From: Octopus bimaculoides
Taxonomy: Eukaryota
Direction of reading: 5' to 3'
Assembly (NCBI RefSeq): GCF_001194135.2
Contig: NC_068981.1
Location: 50,728,520-50,792,519 of the forward strand
Length of the DNA stretch: 64,000 bases
Part shown: positions 12,850 through 27,094 of the stretch, piece after piece
Numbering within the stretch: the stretch's first letter is position 1
Layout of the letters: each line of letters begins with the position of its first letter
The notes under the pieces: model-generated
Told to the model about the DNA's origin: nothing
The model's database searches: none
Seen by the model: the letters and a program-made list of their open reading frames with translations, nothing else
Program-made: the position numbers and the translations under genes

Positions 12850-14650
12850 TCTTATAATTTCATTGTCACTAGATCTGTGATGGTTCTAACTCATGTTGTT
12901 GAATATTGTATTTTGGTTGTCGATTTAATATTTATTGTATCCAGTATCACTAAACAACAACTATTTTCATTCTGAATATTGGTAGTCTGTTCCTATTTAC
13001 TTTTCGATCTAAACTGTAACACTTTTAGGATTGGCATTACTATGTTTTAACTCTTAACTTTACTCCAATTATATCATACATATATAAGACCTATATGCTA
13101 TCTATAATCGTTTATAAAAATTAATTTATTCTGGTGTTTGCAACGTGACATTATCCCATTTTCCCTGCTAAACAATATTTCCGCTTGAGTATAGCGTACT
13201 TCAATGCATGGAGGCCAGCACTATCTTTTCTTTACCTTTAATGTATTAGACTCAAATGGGCTTCCTCTAAGATGTTGCGTTGTTTCTGCATTTAAAGCAG
13301 AACGATTGCTAAACTTGTAAGCATCCATCACTGCTTGTCTAACGTATTGGTTCCAAAGAGGATTTTAATGTATTGCCATCTTTAAATACAGTAAATCGCT
13401 CATCGATTTCAGATTTTAAAGCAATTTGTACTTATCAGGAAACATTTTTCTTTTCTGTTGCAATAGTTTTATTTTCCGTATGGAAATTTAGATACTCAGT
13501 TACTTATAACGTGGGTGGCATGTAATTACTTTCATATACTGCTGTAATCAATGTTCCTATTTGTTTCATTTGTGTAGTTTATAACATTATAATCGGTTGA
13601 TGCACTTTTGTGTGTTAGAGCCATTTGTGGATACATTTGCCACATATTTGGATACAAATGCAAGGAACAATTTCTTCAACCGGATTACGATTCTTCTTTA
13701 TAGCGTTCAAAACGACTTCTACTTTGGGAACTTGCCGATTGTTAACATTAACATTTAGAATGCTTGAACTTAGATGAATATTCATTTTTTGTGTGATATA
13801 GTGGGGATCCTTTGTTTTATGTTGCTCACTCTGTTTTTAATTATCTACTATATGAGATTAGGGTGCTCTTTTGTCATGTTCATTGGTTCTATGAAATTTT
13901 ACATCTTTGTTTTTGTTTTTTTTCTATACCAAATGTTCAGTTAGCTGCTATCTTATTTTACCAAATGTAATAATGATTGTCCACTCAAATATAACCAGCC
14001 ATTCCAAACTAAGATTCCGCGAAGTCGTATTCTGGAGCGTAGTTATATCTTTCTTAGTACTTTTCATTGGTATATATCTAAAGCATTATATACATTCGTT
14101 CAGTTGTAGAATTGCTTGCTAACACCGAAACATTGCTGCCTTTCTTCGTGTGACTATGTTATCGCACACAAGTAGCTTAAGAGTTGCTTAAGAGATTTCG
14201 TTGTATAATTATGTTTACGTGCACGTTTTCTCTGACATCCATAGCTTGTAATCTGATATAAGTGTCTTGGTGGGGGGATCGTTAGTTTTCTAATGATACA
14301 TTCTTGAAAATAATTCTCATTATTAATTTTAATTTTTCTGTAACCCTAAAGTGTCTTAGACTGCAGCAGGTTCGAATGGCAATTTTTTTTCGCGTTAATG
14401 CATTACAGTTGTCATCTTGGTGCGAAGATACATACCTATTAAGTTTGGTTAAATATTACCTTTGGAAGTCGGTTACCATTCTTTTTACGAAGGAGAACTG
14501 ATCTTTGATAGCTGGCCATGTGTGACTTATTCCATATACAGTTTGATTCTAGATTAAATAATTCTAGAATCAGTGAAAAGCATATTATAATTTTTCCAGT
14601 TTACAAACCGAAGAATCTCATAATAATTCTGCTTCTCATTGCGTTACTAA
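12850..14650 (-). mobile_element. Highly decayed Penelope-like RT remnant
   Basis: Weak minus-strand motif echoes: NIV...KKGSNVSVL (like IKPADKG), ILNVNVNN.QVP (like SLDV..LYTNVP) and GKCIHKWL (like GK.Y.Q..G.AMG). Confidence 0.35.
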
Positions 14651-14914
14651 GTCCGTCAATAATGCTTTCACGTGATTAAAGAAAAAGAGTGAGAAAGTAA
14701 AAGGAGAGGAGAAAATGAACATAAGGCGAAGAGTGAGACAGAAAGAGGGAGTAAGAAGATGAGGGCGAAAAAGACGGAGTGAAAAAGTGAAAAAGAGAAG
14801 CGTCCATGGCGTAGAGGGAACTTAAACATTTTAGCGGAGGGGTGATGTTCTGATGATAAGATTACAGAAAGAAAGAGAGAGAGAGGAGTGAGAGTAAGTT
14901 GGGGAGAGAGGCGG

Positions 14915-14985
14915 CGGTGGTGGTGGTGGTGATGGTGGTGGTGATTGTGGTGGTGGTGGTGGTGGTGGTGGTGGTGGTAGTGGTG
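14915..14985. repeat. (GGT)n microsatellite running into a gap
   Basis: Directly visible. Confidence 0.95.
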
Positions 14986-15405
14986 NNNNNNNNNNNNNNN
15001 NNNNNNNNNNNNNNNNNNNNNNNNNNNNNNNNNNNNNNNNNNNNNNNNNNNNNNNNNNNNNNNNNNNNNNNNNNNNNNNNNNNNNNNNNNNNNNNNNNNN
15101 NNNNNNNNNNNNNNNNNNNNNNNNNNNNNNNNNNNNNNNNNNNNNNNNNNNNNNNNNNNNNNNNNNNNNNNNNNNNNNNNNNNNNNNNNNNNNNNNNNNN
15201 NNNNNNNNNNNNNNNNNNNNNNNNNNNNNNNNNNNNNNNNNNNNNNNNNNNNNNNNNNNNNNNNNNNNNNNNNNNNNNNNNNNNNNNNNNNNNNNNNNNN
15301 NNNNNNNNNNNNNNNNNNNNNNNNNNNNNNNNNNNNNNNNNNNNNNNNNNNNNNNNNNNNNNNNNNNNNNNNNNNNNNNNNNNNNNNNNNNNNNNNNNNN
15401 NNNNN
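14986..15405. other. Assembly gap; other gaps at 16415-16424, 17108-17142, 20812-20854, 36780-37400, 51823-51960, 54123-54410, 56161-56170, 57032-57317, 58774-58900
   Basis: Runs of n, all bordered by simple repeats. Confidence 1.
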
Positions 15406-16259
15406 TAGCAGCTAAAAACGCTAATCCAGAAACGCGTCTACAGTTAACCTTCGGAATGGTTAGTTTTCATTGTTTTTTTTCTTCTTGTTTTTGCCTTTGT
15501 GAGTTACAAGTGATGCTATCTGTGGGATTCTCAGCTTTTTTAGCTGCTATTTCTGAATTTCGGTATATGGTGAAGCAAATATTTGCTGATCCCTTAATTA
15601 TGTTTATAAATATATATGAGCTTTTAAATAAGTTCTCCACCAATAATGGTGCTTAATACCGATGGGCTTGGTAAAAATTATTAATTATTAATTGATTTAT
15701 TAATTAATAAATTGATAATCCTTTACCCTTTTAATTTGTAATAATATATATACATATATAAAGTGCATTAAGTAATCATCATATTCTAATTTCTTTCACT
15801 TTTCAATGAATAGCATATGAGCAACTATCTTTCCATAGACAGACATTACATTCTACGCTTTAAGGTTTTTTGGGTAAAGTTTTCAGAAATAACCCTAAAT
15901 AGGTTTACCGTTAATTCTGTGAAATGCTCACGGGTCCCTTAGTAATTATATATTGCATTATCATGCATTATTTGTTAAGCGTATTGTTTCTAAATAAATT
16001 TGGACATGTCTAAAACAAAACAAATATATAAAGATATTGAAGGCTAACAATTACAACGCTATTTCAAATTGATAAGACAAATCAATCAGCTATAGATACA
16101 ACAACAATCAAAGTGACATCACGATAAGAAATTAATACTTAATAACTACAAACCAAAAAAGAAGACATCATGCAGAGCTATAAAATTGACAACAAACGGT
16201 AGCTAGGGTCAGCTTCAAATAGCCACAATAATGTGGCGGAAATTATCTACCTCATGAAC

Positions 16260-16305
16260 TTCTATACATATATACATGCATACATACATACATACATACA
16301 TACAC

Positions 16306-16337
<32 letters not shown>

Positions 16338-16424
16338 GCACACATGTTCACACAGATATATACATTCATATTTACATGTGTGTGTGTATGTGTGTAAAAA
16401 TGTATACATATATTNNNNNNNNNN

Positions 16425-16458
<34 letters not shown>

Positions 16459-16483
16459 TGTGTGTGTGTGTATGCATATATGT

Positions 16484-16522
<39 letters not shown>

Positions 16523-16560
16523 TGTATGCATGTATGTATGTATGTATGTATATATGTATG
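16260..16560. repeat. (ACAT)n/(TG)n/(AGAT)n compound microsatellite
   Basis: Directly visible. Confidence 0.95.
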
Positions 16561-16700
16561 CCACAACTCATTTCTTCAGCTGAGATAACTGGAGCAACGT
16601 CAAATAGTGTCTTGATCAAGGTCACAACACGCAGCCTGGTCTGCGAATCGAACTCACGATCGTATGCCCGACGCTCTAACCACTGAGTCATGCGCCTTCA
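16560..16700 (-). mobile_element. tRNA-derived SINE (V-domain-like family), 5' part
   Basis: Reverse complement gaaggcgcatgactcagtggttagagc...gagttcgattc...gtgttgtgaccttgatcaagacac has Pol III A and B boxes; same family as 18100. Confidence 0.8.
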
Positions 16701-16834
16701 TAGATATATGAATACATATATATATATATGTGTGTGTGTGTGTATGTGTGTGTTTGTGTGTGTGCGTGTGTGTGCGTGCGTGTGTGAGTGTGTATGTGTT
16801 TGTGTGTGTGTGTACATTTATCAATATATCTTTT

Positions 16835-17035
16835 TATTGTTATTCCTTTATTTGCTTCAATCATTTTACTGCAGCCATGCTGGAGCACCCCCTTTAGTGG
16901 AGCAAATCGACCCCAGGACATATTATTTGTAATCTTAGTAATTATTCTATCGGTTTTCATTGCTGAACCGCTAAGCTACGGGGACGTAGATACCAGCATC
17001 AGTTGTCAAGCTATGTTGCAGAGACAAGCACACAA
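16835..17035 (-). mobile_element. Octopus OK-like SINE, 3' part
   Basis: gactgcagccatgctggagcac...atcgaccccaggac...gaaccgctaagctacggggacgta is shared with 27095, 40360 and 45440. Confidence 0.7.
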
Positions 17036-17040
17036 CCATA

Positions 17041-17107
<67 letters not shown>

Positions 17108-17142
17108 NNNNNNNNNNNNNNNNNNNNNNNNNNNNNNNNNNN

Positions 17143-17189
<47 letters not shown>

Positions 17190-17192
17190 TGT

Positions 17193-17510
17193 GGAGGCGT
17201 AATGGTCCAGTGGTTAGGGCAGAGGACTCGCGGTCTGAGGATCGCAGTTTCGATTCCCAGATCGGGCGTTCTGTGTGTTTATTGAGCGAAAACACCTAAG
17301 GCTCTACGAGGTTCCGGCAGGGGGTGGTGGCGACACCTGTTTTACTGTTTCGACCCAACTTTCTCTCAGTCTTTATTCCTGCTTCTTAAGTAACGCTGCG
17401 ATGGACAGGCGTCCCGTCCAGTTGGGAGGAAGACATACGCCTTAGAAACCGGGAAACCGGGCCCATGAGCCTGGCTAGGCTTGAAAAGGGTGCATAAATA
17501 ACAAAAAAAT
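17193..17510 (+). mobile_element. Full-length tRNA-derived SINE (OR1-like)
   Basis: A box tggtccagtgg, B box gtttcgattcc, tRNA-unrelated body and A-rich tail. Confidence 0.8.
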
Positions 17511-17516
17511 AGATGT

Positions 17517-17556
<40 letters not shown>

Positions 17557-17559
17557 TCG

Positions 17560-17720
17560 ACGCGCTTGTTACAGTTTCCATCTACAAAATACACTCGCAA
17601 AGCTTTGGTCGTCCCGTTGCTACAGTAGAATACAATTGCCCAAGATGCCAAGTAGTGGGTCTGAACTCGGAACCATGTGGCTGGTAAGCAAGCTACTTAC
17701 CACAGAGACACTCCTGCGCC
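17560..17720 (-). mobile_element. OK-like SINE, 5' tRNA head
   Basis: Reverse complement ggcgcaggagtgtctctgtggtaag...catggttccgagttcagaccc...cttgggcaa. Confidence 0.75.
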
Positions 17721-17998
17721 TATGTATGTATGCATGTATGTATTAACGTGTGTAACTATTTGTGAGCGGGCGTGCGTGTGTCTGTGTTTGCATGTCGTAC
17801 TACTAAATAAAAGAAATCACGTATTGACTGAAGTATATACAACTAGTAAATTTTCGTGGCAGAATAAATATTGAATTACGATCTAATTGTTATGTGACAA
17901 TATATTACTTTATATTTCATATCTAGCACATAGATACTTCTATCATTGGGAGAGTAGATAGCAGTAGAATTTGCTAGATAACGTCAATATAGTATACT

Positions 17999-18440
<442 letters not shown>

Positions 18441-19074
18441 GCATATATATGCATATACATAAATAAATATATAAACTTATGTATGTATATGCATACATAG
18501 ATATATGCATGTATATGTATATATGTGTGTGTTTGTGTGTGTGTGTGTACACATATTCGTGCCTTTCGAATTTTGTCTTTTATGAAGAAGACTTCGATAG
18601 CATGCTTTCAGATCTAGTTCTGGGTGTGAATCAATCAACTATAATATTTGTCTTTATGTGATATCTTTTATTAATATTAGAAACAAGATGAATTTGGCTG
18701 ATGACTGATTTATTCTCGAGTCGGTCACATTAATATAAATCATTACGTCTCTTTGCATCTAATAAGTCTGGCTCCTCGTCATTTGCCCCTTCTTATCTGG
18801 TTCCTTAAATAGTTCCACTTGTCTCTGATCAGTTAGCTTAAATTATAATAGTTAGAAAACCATTAGATTAAGACATTCATTGATATATTGAAGTACATAT
18901 TCTATAGTAAGATTTATACGACCCACAGAAATATAGTGCTCATATTCACAAATAAAAAGAAAACAATTATCAACGATCTTTACCTAGTCATGGTTACATA
19001 CGGTCGGTTTTCTGGATATTCTGATTCATATATTCTAACACATCTTCCCACTTGACGAGACACCGGTCTGAAGC

Positions 19075-19185
19075 ATGATTACCCATTTTTGTCGGTTGAG
19101 TGAACTGGAGAAATTAGGTCATTTTCACATGAACTCAACGCATCACCCGGTCCAGGAATTGAAACCACAAACTTACGATCATGTG
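19075..19185 (-). mobile_element. Decayed SINE fragment (same family as 18100)
   Basis: gttgagtgaactggag...ccggtccaggaattgaaaccacaaacttacgatcatg. Confidence 0.55.
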
Positions 19186-19239
19186 GGCATCTCATTAAAC
19201 ATATATCTGCAATAACATATTTGTAATTATGCAGTTTCA

Positions 19240-19920
19240 GAAAGGAATGCTAGAAAAGGAGACAGAAATATTGTTAGTAGCAGCACAAGTACAGGCATTG
19301 AGAACAAACTGAATAAAGGCTTAGCAAAGCAACAATCGGGTAGACTGACATTGTATATTATGTAAATCAAAGGAAGGAAGTTTTACTCTTATAGTTAGTG
19401 AATGTAGCGTGCTGGCACAGAAGAAATACGATAAAAGACATGACACTCCACGGAATGTAATCTAAGTTTTGACCATACTGATGAATTGCATGAACGTGAA
19501 CCCAATAAAATGCTAGGAAGCAAGAAATAAAGATGTTGTGGGATTTTAACATTCAGGCAAGCAGCCGAATAGAAGTTAGTATAGTAGAAGTCCCTATATA
19601 GCAGTAGTAGACAAAGAGAATAGAAGACGACAGACAATTGACTCTAGTCTCAGACAATGGGTAAGTCAATATGAGAGGTATAGAGAAGCACAAGGACGTA
19701 GCTTCTGATTTATATAGGCTATGGATAATGCAGATAAAATGTAAGCGTTTACTTATAGGTTAGAGGACAATTCTTTGTTAAGCGAAGACCGAGAAAACGG
19801 TATTATTAGCGACATCTTGGATACTTGGGAAGCTTCTTCGCACCTAAGATTACATGCTGTACCCCTATGTTACGAACTTCTTTCTTCCAACAGCTTCATG
19901 TGCTGTGTGGAAATGAAATG
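19240..19920 (+). mobile_element. R4/Dong-clade LINE C-terminal remnant (CCHC plus restriction-like endonuclease)
   Basis: LEKETEILLVAAQVQALRTN...CILCK...IVSEC.VLAQKKY.KRHD followed by K.LWDFNIQ...VVDKEN. Confidence 0.75.
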
Positions 19921-19924
19921 TTAC

Positions 19925-20051
19925 TCATACTACTACTACTGCTGCTGCTGCTGCTACCACTACTACAACTACTGATATTACTATTACTGATGATGATGAT
20001 GATGATGATGATGACGACAACGACGATGATGACGACGACGACGACGACGAC

Positions 20052-20093
<42 letters not shown>

Positions 20094-20100
20094 AATGATA
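19925..20100. repeat. (TAC)/(TGC)/(GAT)/(GAC) trinucleotide microsatellite
   Basis: Directly visible. Confidence 0.95.
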
Positions 20101-20854
20101 ATTGAAATAATAATAAGTACAATAGAAATAAATATAAGTAGTAACTTGGATAACAATGTTAATAACGTCGCCACAATCCGAAACTTCGGCGAAATTCGTC
20201 ATTTCAAGATTTCAAATAAGATTTCACATAGTACGGTGATTTAGTATTTAATATTCATATTTATATTTTACTTATATGCTTGTGTGGTACATGTCCATCT
20301 GTACTTCGCAAATATGAGTAAGGCTAAAATAAATGCCGCATTTTCAGACATTGTATTCAGATTTCCACTTTATTTGAAATATTTTATATCATTTTACAAA
20401 TAATCCCCTCCTAATATTGCCAACTGCAGGTTTCATTATTTGGGAAATATATTGCACATATGTTTCTATAAATATTGTTATATTTCCGATTTCCATTACG
20501 AAGCCGTAGCAATAAAGCTTCAATGAATGTATAATGCCATTAATTTGACATATTTCATAATATATGGCGAATCCTGGTGAATGTTGATTCCCCTTCTCAT
20601 ATAATATCTCCAATGCCTGAAACGGGTGGAACATAAAGAGTGGATGTCTGTGTGGGCGTACATGTTCTGCATGCATTATAAACACACGAAAATAGTGGAC
20701 AAAATGCCAATGCTCAAATGGTTCATATGTTATTATTCTCCTCCAACAAACTTTAAAAAACCGAAGTGAAATAAAAATGCTCACACACACATATGTACAT
20801 ACATATATACANNNNNNNNNNNNNNNNNNNNNNNNNNNNNNNNNNNNNNNNNNN

Positions 20855-20894
<40 letters not shown>

Positions 20895-20974
20895 CATATG
20901 TATGTGTGAGCATTTTTATTTCACTTCGGTCGTTTTTTTTATATATATATATGGTGTGTGTATGTATGCAAGTT

Positions 20975-20984
20975 TGTATGTTCG

Positions 20985-21018
<34 letters not shown>

Positions 21019-21055
21019 TGTATGTATGTATGTATGTATGTATGTATGTATGAAC
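20975..21055. repeat. (TATG)n microsatellite
   Basis: Directly visible. Confidence 0.95.
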
Positions 21056-22596
21056 ATAGGTTTGTACACAAATACATACGATGCTTGAAAAATTGGAATA
21101 TAAAACCGTGTTCGTTTGTACTCAGTTCGGTGCTGAGCGAAACATTATACTCTGGTTCTATTTCTATTCACAATTTAACATGTCTTTGATAAACTCATAC
21201 AAGACGTCACGTTTCATTATTTTCTTCATTGTATATGTAAATATTCTCCAATTTGAAATGCCTTTTTTTAAATGACAATTCGGGATCATTTCACTTATAT
21301 TTCTCGCAGGCGCAGTGATCATCAATAGTGTATCTCATTGTCCTCGGTAGTAGTTCGCTCATTTAAATGATGTTATTTATCTTTTTGATAACGGCAAATA
21401 TATTGCCGATATACGAGAGCTATTTCATCTAGATTTGAATGTATCTTATATTTGTTTTTAGCTTTCGAAGAACTATAAAACCTTTTCATCGGGAATATAA
21501 ATTTACGTATAGTTTACTGATACAAAATTTGTATGATTGTGTAAACTACTGATTGTAGTGGAAAGTGTAATATTTGAATGATATCGAAAATTTAAAAAAA
21601 GAGAAGCAATAAAACTTCAAAAATTGAATATTTTTTTTTAATGTTGGCCAATACACGTAATATATATATGCTGCTTATTGTAAACATCATTAGAACTACG
21701 ATGGACATAGCAATGGAACTGACAGAAATGTTAAGTCATCGTTATGCACGTAATTTCCAAGGATTTTTCAAATATGAAGAGGTAAAATACACCCAAAATT
21801 TATTGAAGGAAACTTCCTTCGGGAGGAAAATATATTGGATAACTATAATTCTGGGAGGATGTATTTAATGCAACCACAATATCAAAGAGGTAATGATATT
21901 ACACGTGGGAAATATGTTCAGAACCACCACGCTACCCGAGATTTTTAAAAAATATATTCCCCCGTTTAAATCATCCACCAATTAAATCGTTCACTCAGAA
22001 ATATCAATATTCAGTGCCTTTAAATAGATACTACAAATCTAATAATTTACTCGACATGTAATTTTCCTTTATTCATTAATATAATGTCGAAGGGCCTTAA
22101 TAGTTAGCTATAATATTAGACATAACTCGCCGTGCCCTAAGCATTATACTATGGCACAAAATGAATATTTTCGGATATTTTTGTAATTAGTTGTCTTGGC
22201 AAGTATAAACAATATGCATATGAAATAAAGCATCATATTAATGAAATAATTCAAAGTTAATATGTTTTTAATAAACTCATGATTGTAGTGTAAACCAATT
22301 TGACACAACAACCGGCCCTTGAGTCATTTTCGTTATTCTATCCGTAGTAGTGGTATTCAAATACTTTTCTATCCTGGTGGAAGTGATTCCTTTGCTACCG
22401 CGTATTACCTTCCATGTGTTCATAGAATTTATCAACATAAGTATCGAATGAATATATTCTTTCATTGCTATCTTGCCGTTTTATTTTACTATAGTACTTA
22501 ACTCCGAAATCACTCCAACAAAATTTTCCCAAAATATTTTCTTCTTACATACATACATACGAACATACAAACATGCATACACACACACTATATATA

Positions 22597-22630
<34 letters not shown>

Positions 22631-23362
22631 AGCATGTTCTTTTATTTCACATTGCTTTTTTTAAAGTTTGTTGGAGTAGAATAATAATATATGAACCATT
22701 TGAGCATTGGCATTTTGTCCACTATTTTCGTGTGTTTATAATGCATGCAGACCTGTCCCAAAATATTTTCTTCTTTCTGAATTACATGAACTGCTGATTT
22801 CTTTTTAGTCTGTGATGGTATAAACTCACTTGTTTTCATATTTGCCTGAAATAGATTATGGAAAATATCTTTAAGATGTATGTATCAACAACGGCTTCCT
22901 TTTTTCTGACATACTGTTCTCACCTGAAGATCGGTTCTCACTACGTAGACTAGGTACAGGTAGCTTATGGCAGGTTAGCACCGGAGAGATAGATGATAAA
23001 AGATTGATATATATGATAACAAATAGATTGCTGTCAATTTATAACTGTAAAGTGTTTGTTGACTAACAATTGAGGAACGGTCAGATATTTTTCGCTCCAT
23101 CTTAAATGATGTTGTTCCTTCGCCGAATCCTTCAACCCACAGTGGTATCCAGATCTTTCAAAGTGTTATTTAATAATTTTCTATAACATTATAGTAACGT
23201 CTGACCTTGAATAATCTTGAACAGATAGAGTCTCGTCAGCAATTTTGCATTGTGTTCGTATATAAATAATCTACTATAATGATATACACTGATACTGTTA
23301 CATCATCTTCTCATCGCTGAAATACTTGACCACCTAATATTCGATATTCGTCCAAAGCGGCA

Positions 23363-23570
23363 AGCTGGCAGAACTGTTAGTAGGCCGGGCAAAATGTTTC
23401 GCGGCATTTTGTCTGTATTTGCATCCTAAGCTTATATTCTGCCGAGATGAACTTCGCCTTTTATCCTTTCTATGTCGATAAAATAGAGGCTAGAATACTG
23501 GGTCGATGTAATCGATATACCCACTCCCCCGAAATTGCTGCCTTTGTGCCAAATTTTGAAATCAATATTA
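23363..23570 (+). mobile_element. Full-length OR2/CORE-like SINE
   Basis: ggcaagctggcagaactgttag...ctgccgagatgaacttcgccttttatcctttc...gggtcgatgtaatcga...tttgtgccaaattttgaaatc. Confidence 0.8.
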
Positions 23571-24112
23571 GATATCTCTCCCAAACTACACCGAGGAATG
23601 GTCTAAAATTTTTGCAGTTTGAATCAAAATGGAAAGCATATTCTACGGAATATATTCATCGTGGGAAAGAAAAGAGTATTTTGATGAAGAAAAAGAATCG
23701 GTACTTGATCTGAACGCTTGTCAAATTGGAGCACAAACATTAGGCGTACAGTAGAGATTACACATTATTCACAAGTTGCAATGCATCACATGAAGATTAT
23801 GGAGGAATATTTATTACAATTTGCTAGTATGAATAAGAAGTGCCAAAATCGCAATTCATACAACGTTAACATCGTTAAGACGCCAATAACAACGCATAAG
23901 TTTGAAATGATTTATAGCGTATAAAATTATGGTTAAGAAAATAAAAAAAACTAAAAGAAAACGTGCAGATAAGAGTTTCAACATACAAAATCTACGTAGT
24001 GAAAAATTTTCCCTTTAAGACAATGTCTCACCTTGAATGAAGTAAGAAAATGATATATATCACTTTCAAGGAAATCACAATATATAAAGCATAAACATAC
24101 AGAAGGGCTCAA

Positions 24113-24114
<2 letters not shown>

Positions 24115-24182
<68 letters not shown>
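24115..24182. repeat. (AT)n microsatellite
   Basis: Directly visible. Confidence 0.95.
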
Positions 24183-24183
<1 letters not shown>

Positions 24184-24779
24184 TACATACGGAATTTGAG
24201 GAAGCAATATTCCCATAAGTGATTTTTAACAAACAATACAGATGCCAAATGGGCTTAACCGAATATATTGGTAGAACGTTCCTCAATATATATGTATAGA
24301 AAGTCTCATAAAATTAAAATGGAGAAGGAAAATATAAAAGATGCTTGGTTCATTTTATTTGTATCACAATTGGAAGAGTAATGCAAATTAAAAGATTAAA
24401 AAACATACCTATAAGAACAAGTATAAAAGAAACGATGTCAACAAAACACCCCAAAGATATCGAAAAATAATTCTATGTATGTTTCAATCCAACAGTATGT
24501 TTGAATCATCAATAATTGTAATTTTTATAAATATAATAAAAAATATGCTGTTTGATCTTTTTACGAAAGTATGTATATTTTCTGTCTGGAGTTACGAAAT
24601 TACGAATTTGAGGACTATGTTTATGAAATTTCAAGTATAAACAATTTACATATTAGGACGCAGAGTTCATGTGATTAGAAATTTATTATTTAAAATTTAG
24701 CTAATAGTGAACGTCAAAATTGTGCTAAAATATCAAATTTATTTGAAAAATATATCTATTGATATATTTAAATTTAAAT

Positions 24780-24935
24780 ATATATATATATAAATACATA
24801 CGTACATACATACAAACATACATACATACATACATACATACATGCATACATACATACATACATACATACATACATACATACATACATGCATACATACATA
24901 CATACATACATACATACATACATACATACATACAG
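24780..24935. repeat. (ACAT)n microsatellite
   Basis: Directly visible. Confidence 0.95.
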
Positions 24936-27094
24936 TTCACTGGAAGAAAATAATGTACTCTTAGGAATAACTATGAAAATCATTGAAAATGTCTCAAGAG
25001 ATTCACCTGTTAGTACTGATAAGAAATACGGATTACCTCACCTAAAATTTGTGTACCGATTTATTTACAAAAGATCTGTGCACAAACTATCGTGGAACAC
25101 CAACCTATTATTTGTCATCAATAGCATAAGCTCAACCAGTTGAATTCGTAAATATTTTGTGTCATAACTTTCCTCTGCATTTTCCTTCTTTTGATATATT
25201 TTTACAATTCAGCAAGCGGGATTTTTTAGCGAACACACTAATGTGATACACACACTCACTCGCGCACAAACATATAAACATACAAAACAACACACACACA
25301 CACACACATACACACACACGCACACACATATGTATGCATGCTTGGATGGAATTTAGAAATGTTTTAACGCATCACAACGCCCGTTTCTACAAATCACATG
25401 TCCGTGTTCCGGGGGATGATTACAGTGTAGTTCGTAGTTCCTGTGGACATCGGGTAGAAAACTTTCAAGGATTCATTTCTTCAGGTGATATAGCATTAAT
25501 GGATGATTAACTGAGGATTGCTTATTCCTTTTAACCAGTGAAAAGGTCGATTGAGTTACCCACATAACTCAATCAGCTTTCTCACAGTTCAGAAGCTATA
25601 AACAACTCTTAGTTTAACTTACATTAATGCTATATCACCTCAAGAAATGAATCCATGAAGGACTGTTGTTATTATAGCCATATTTATCCTATATTTTATC
25701 GGTACAGCGCAGTACAACCCCAAAAAACAGGTTCACGATTCTGTATGATTAGTCTTTGGCCGGTAAAACGGAACAGAATCCGAGTATTCCACCTTTTGAC
25801 GAAACAGTTGCAATTTTGTTCATCACCAATTTTAGAGATTCTCTTATGATCAATGAGAGGTAAAAATATTTAGATTTTTAGATTTGAATTTATACGAGGG
25901 GGTCTTTTATTCATTTATTGTTTTCCGAATTCCGAATTTTACAATCATATTTTGTAATGCAAATGATTCTATGCATATCACTAGTATAGTTGTATCATCC
26001 AGCAAATTCCTGACGATGTTCTACAAAGAAGAATTCATCAACATACAACTGTGCTAAAAAAAGTTATGAAAACGCTAGTATTTGTTTCCTTAATAGCAGT
26101 CAGAACGCTCACAATTCTTTTGATAACATGCGATTTTCTGATGTCGTTAATGGTATGAATTATCGAGAAAATATGTTTCTTTTAAAAATCATATAGTATT
26201 ATATATGTAATTCATGTAGAAGACAGTAAATATTGATGAACTTGTCGATTATTTCTCTCGTGATTATTAGGTTATGATGTAATATCTAGCCACTGAATAT
26301 CGTTTGTTTGTGATATTTCCCGACGAGAACCAATAAATTTTAAATATTTCATTTGAAGAAACATCCATGAACTGTATACAATATTTATTTATGTACATTA
26401 CAATTCTTGTTTTATAAAGAATTGATTCCACCATATTACTGACGGTGGGGTGAGAACAGCAGGGAAAAATATTCACGGGGAAATATTATAGGCTTTTTGA
26501 CGTTTCCATTTCCTGAGTTATATTAACTTCATTTAATTTATGATACTAATAGGGATACAGAAAACGAATAAGCAACTTATATCAAAAACATAACTAAAAT
26601 GTAATATACACGTTGTAATTATTACTAGACAAAACAAACGTATCCAGATATATTGTTCCCAGGAATTTATTTGAAATATGTATGTCAAAAAAAAGAAAAT
26701 GTTTCATACAAACTTTTGCAATTTTATTTAATATTGCAATGTTGATATGAAAAAAACTGAGATTAGGTTTTGACGTTAGATTGAAATGTTGGTATTGACA
26801 TTTGCCCAGTGTTACTTGAATTTAGTTTGTTGTATATATAATGTATAGTTTTTGAACACTCTGTTATTGGTTATTTATTCAGCTTGGCTGCGTATGCGTC
26901 AATTTTATTGTGCTCTGACACGCTTGCATATATTTTCTAGACGTACACACATATTTACATAAAGATCCTCTCTTTACTAGCTTCCAATGCAGCCAACAAA
27001 TATTCTAGAAAGTTTAGCAACATACTTCGAAATATACCATTAATTTCTTCGACCAAGAAGCTGCTTTGACTAATATTAATTTTTGTCTTTTCTA

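Noticed and set aside
14899-15408. Long ORFs at 14899, 36673-37556, 51673-52050, 54088 and 57008-57460
   Set aside because: Open only because of N-gaps and microsatellites.
17193-17265. tRNA-like sequences here and at 16620-16700 and 18100-18175 as tRNA genes
   Set aside because: No complete acceptor stem, and they continue into repeated SINE bodies, so they are SINE heads.
22920-23350. Minus-frame echoes of a Cys-loop receptor ectodomain (VTVSVYII...KIWIPL), suggesting a chemotactile receptor pseudogene
   Set aside because: No Cys-loop, no WxPD motif and multiple stops; the resemblance is within chance.
24985-25060. Minus-strand GT...TACTAACAG mini-intron of 35 nt
   Set aside because: Too short for a typical metazoan intron, and the flanking frames are closed.
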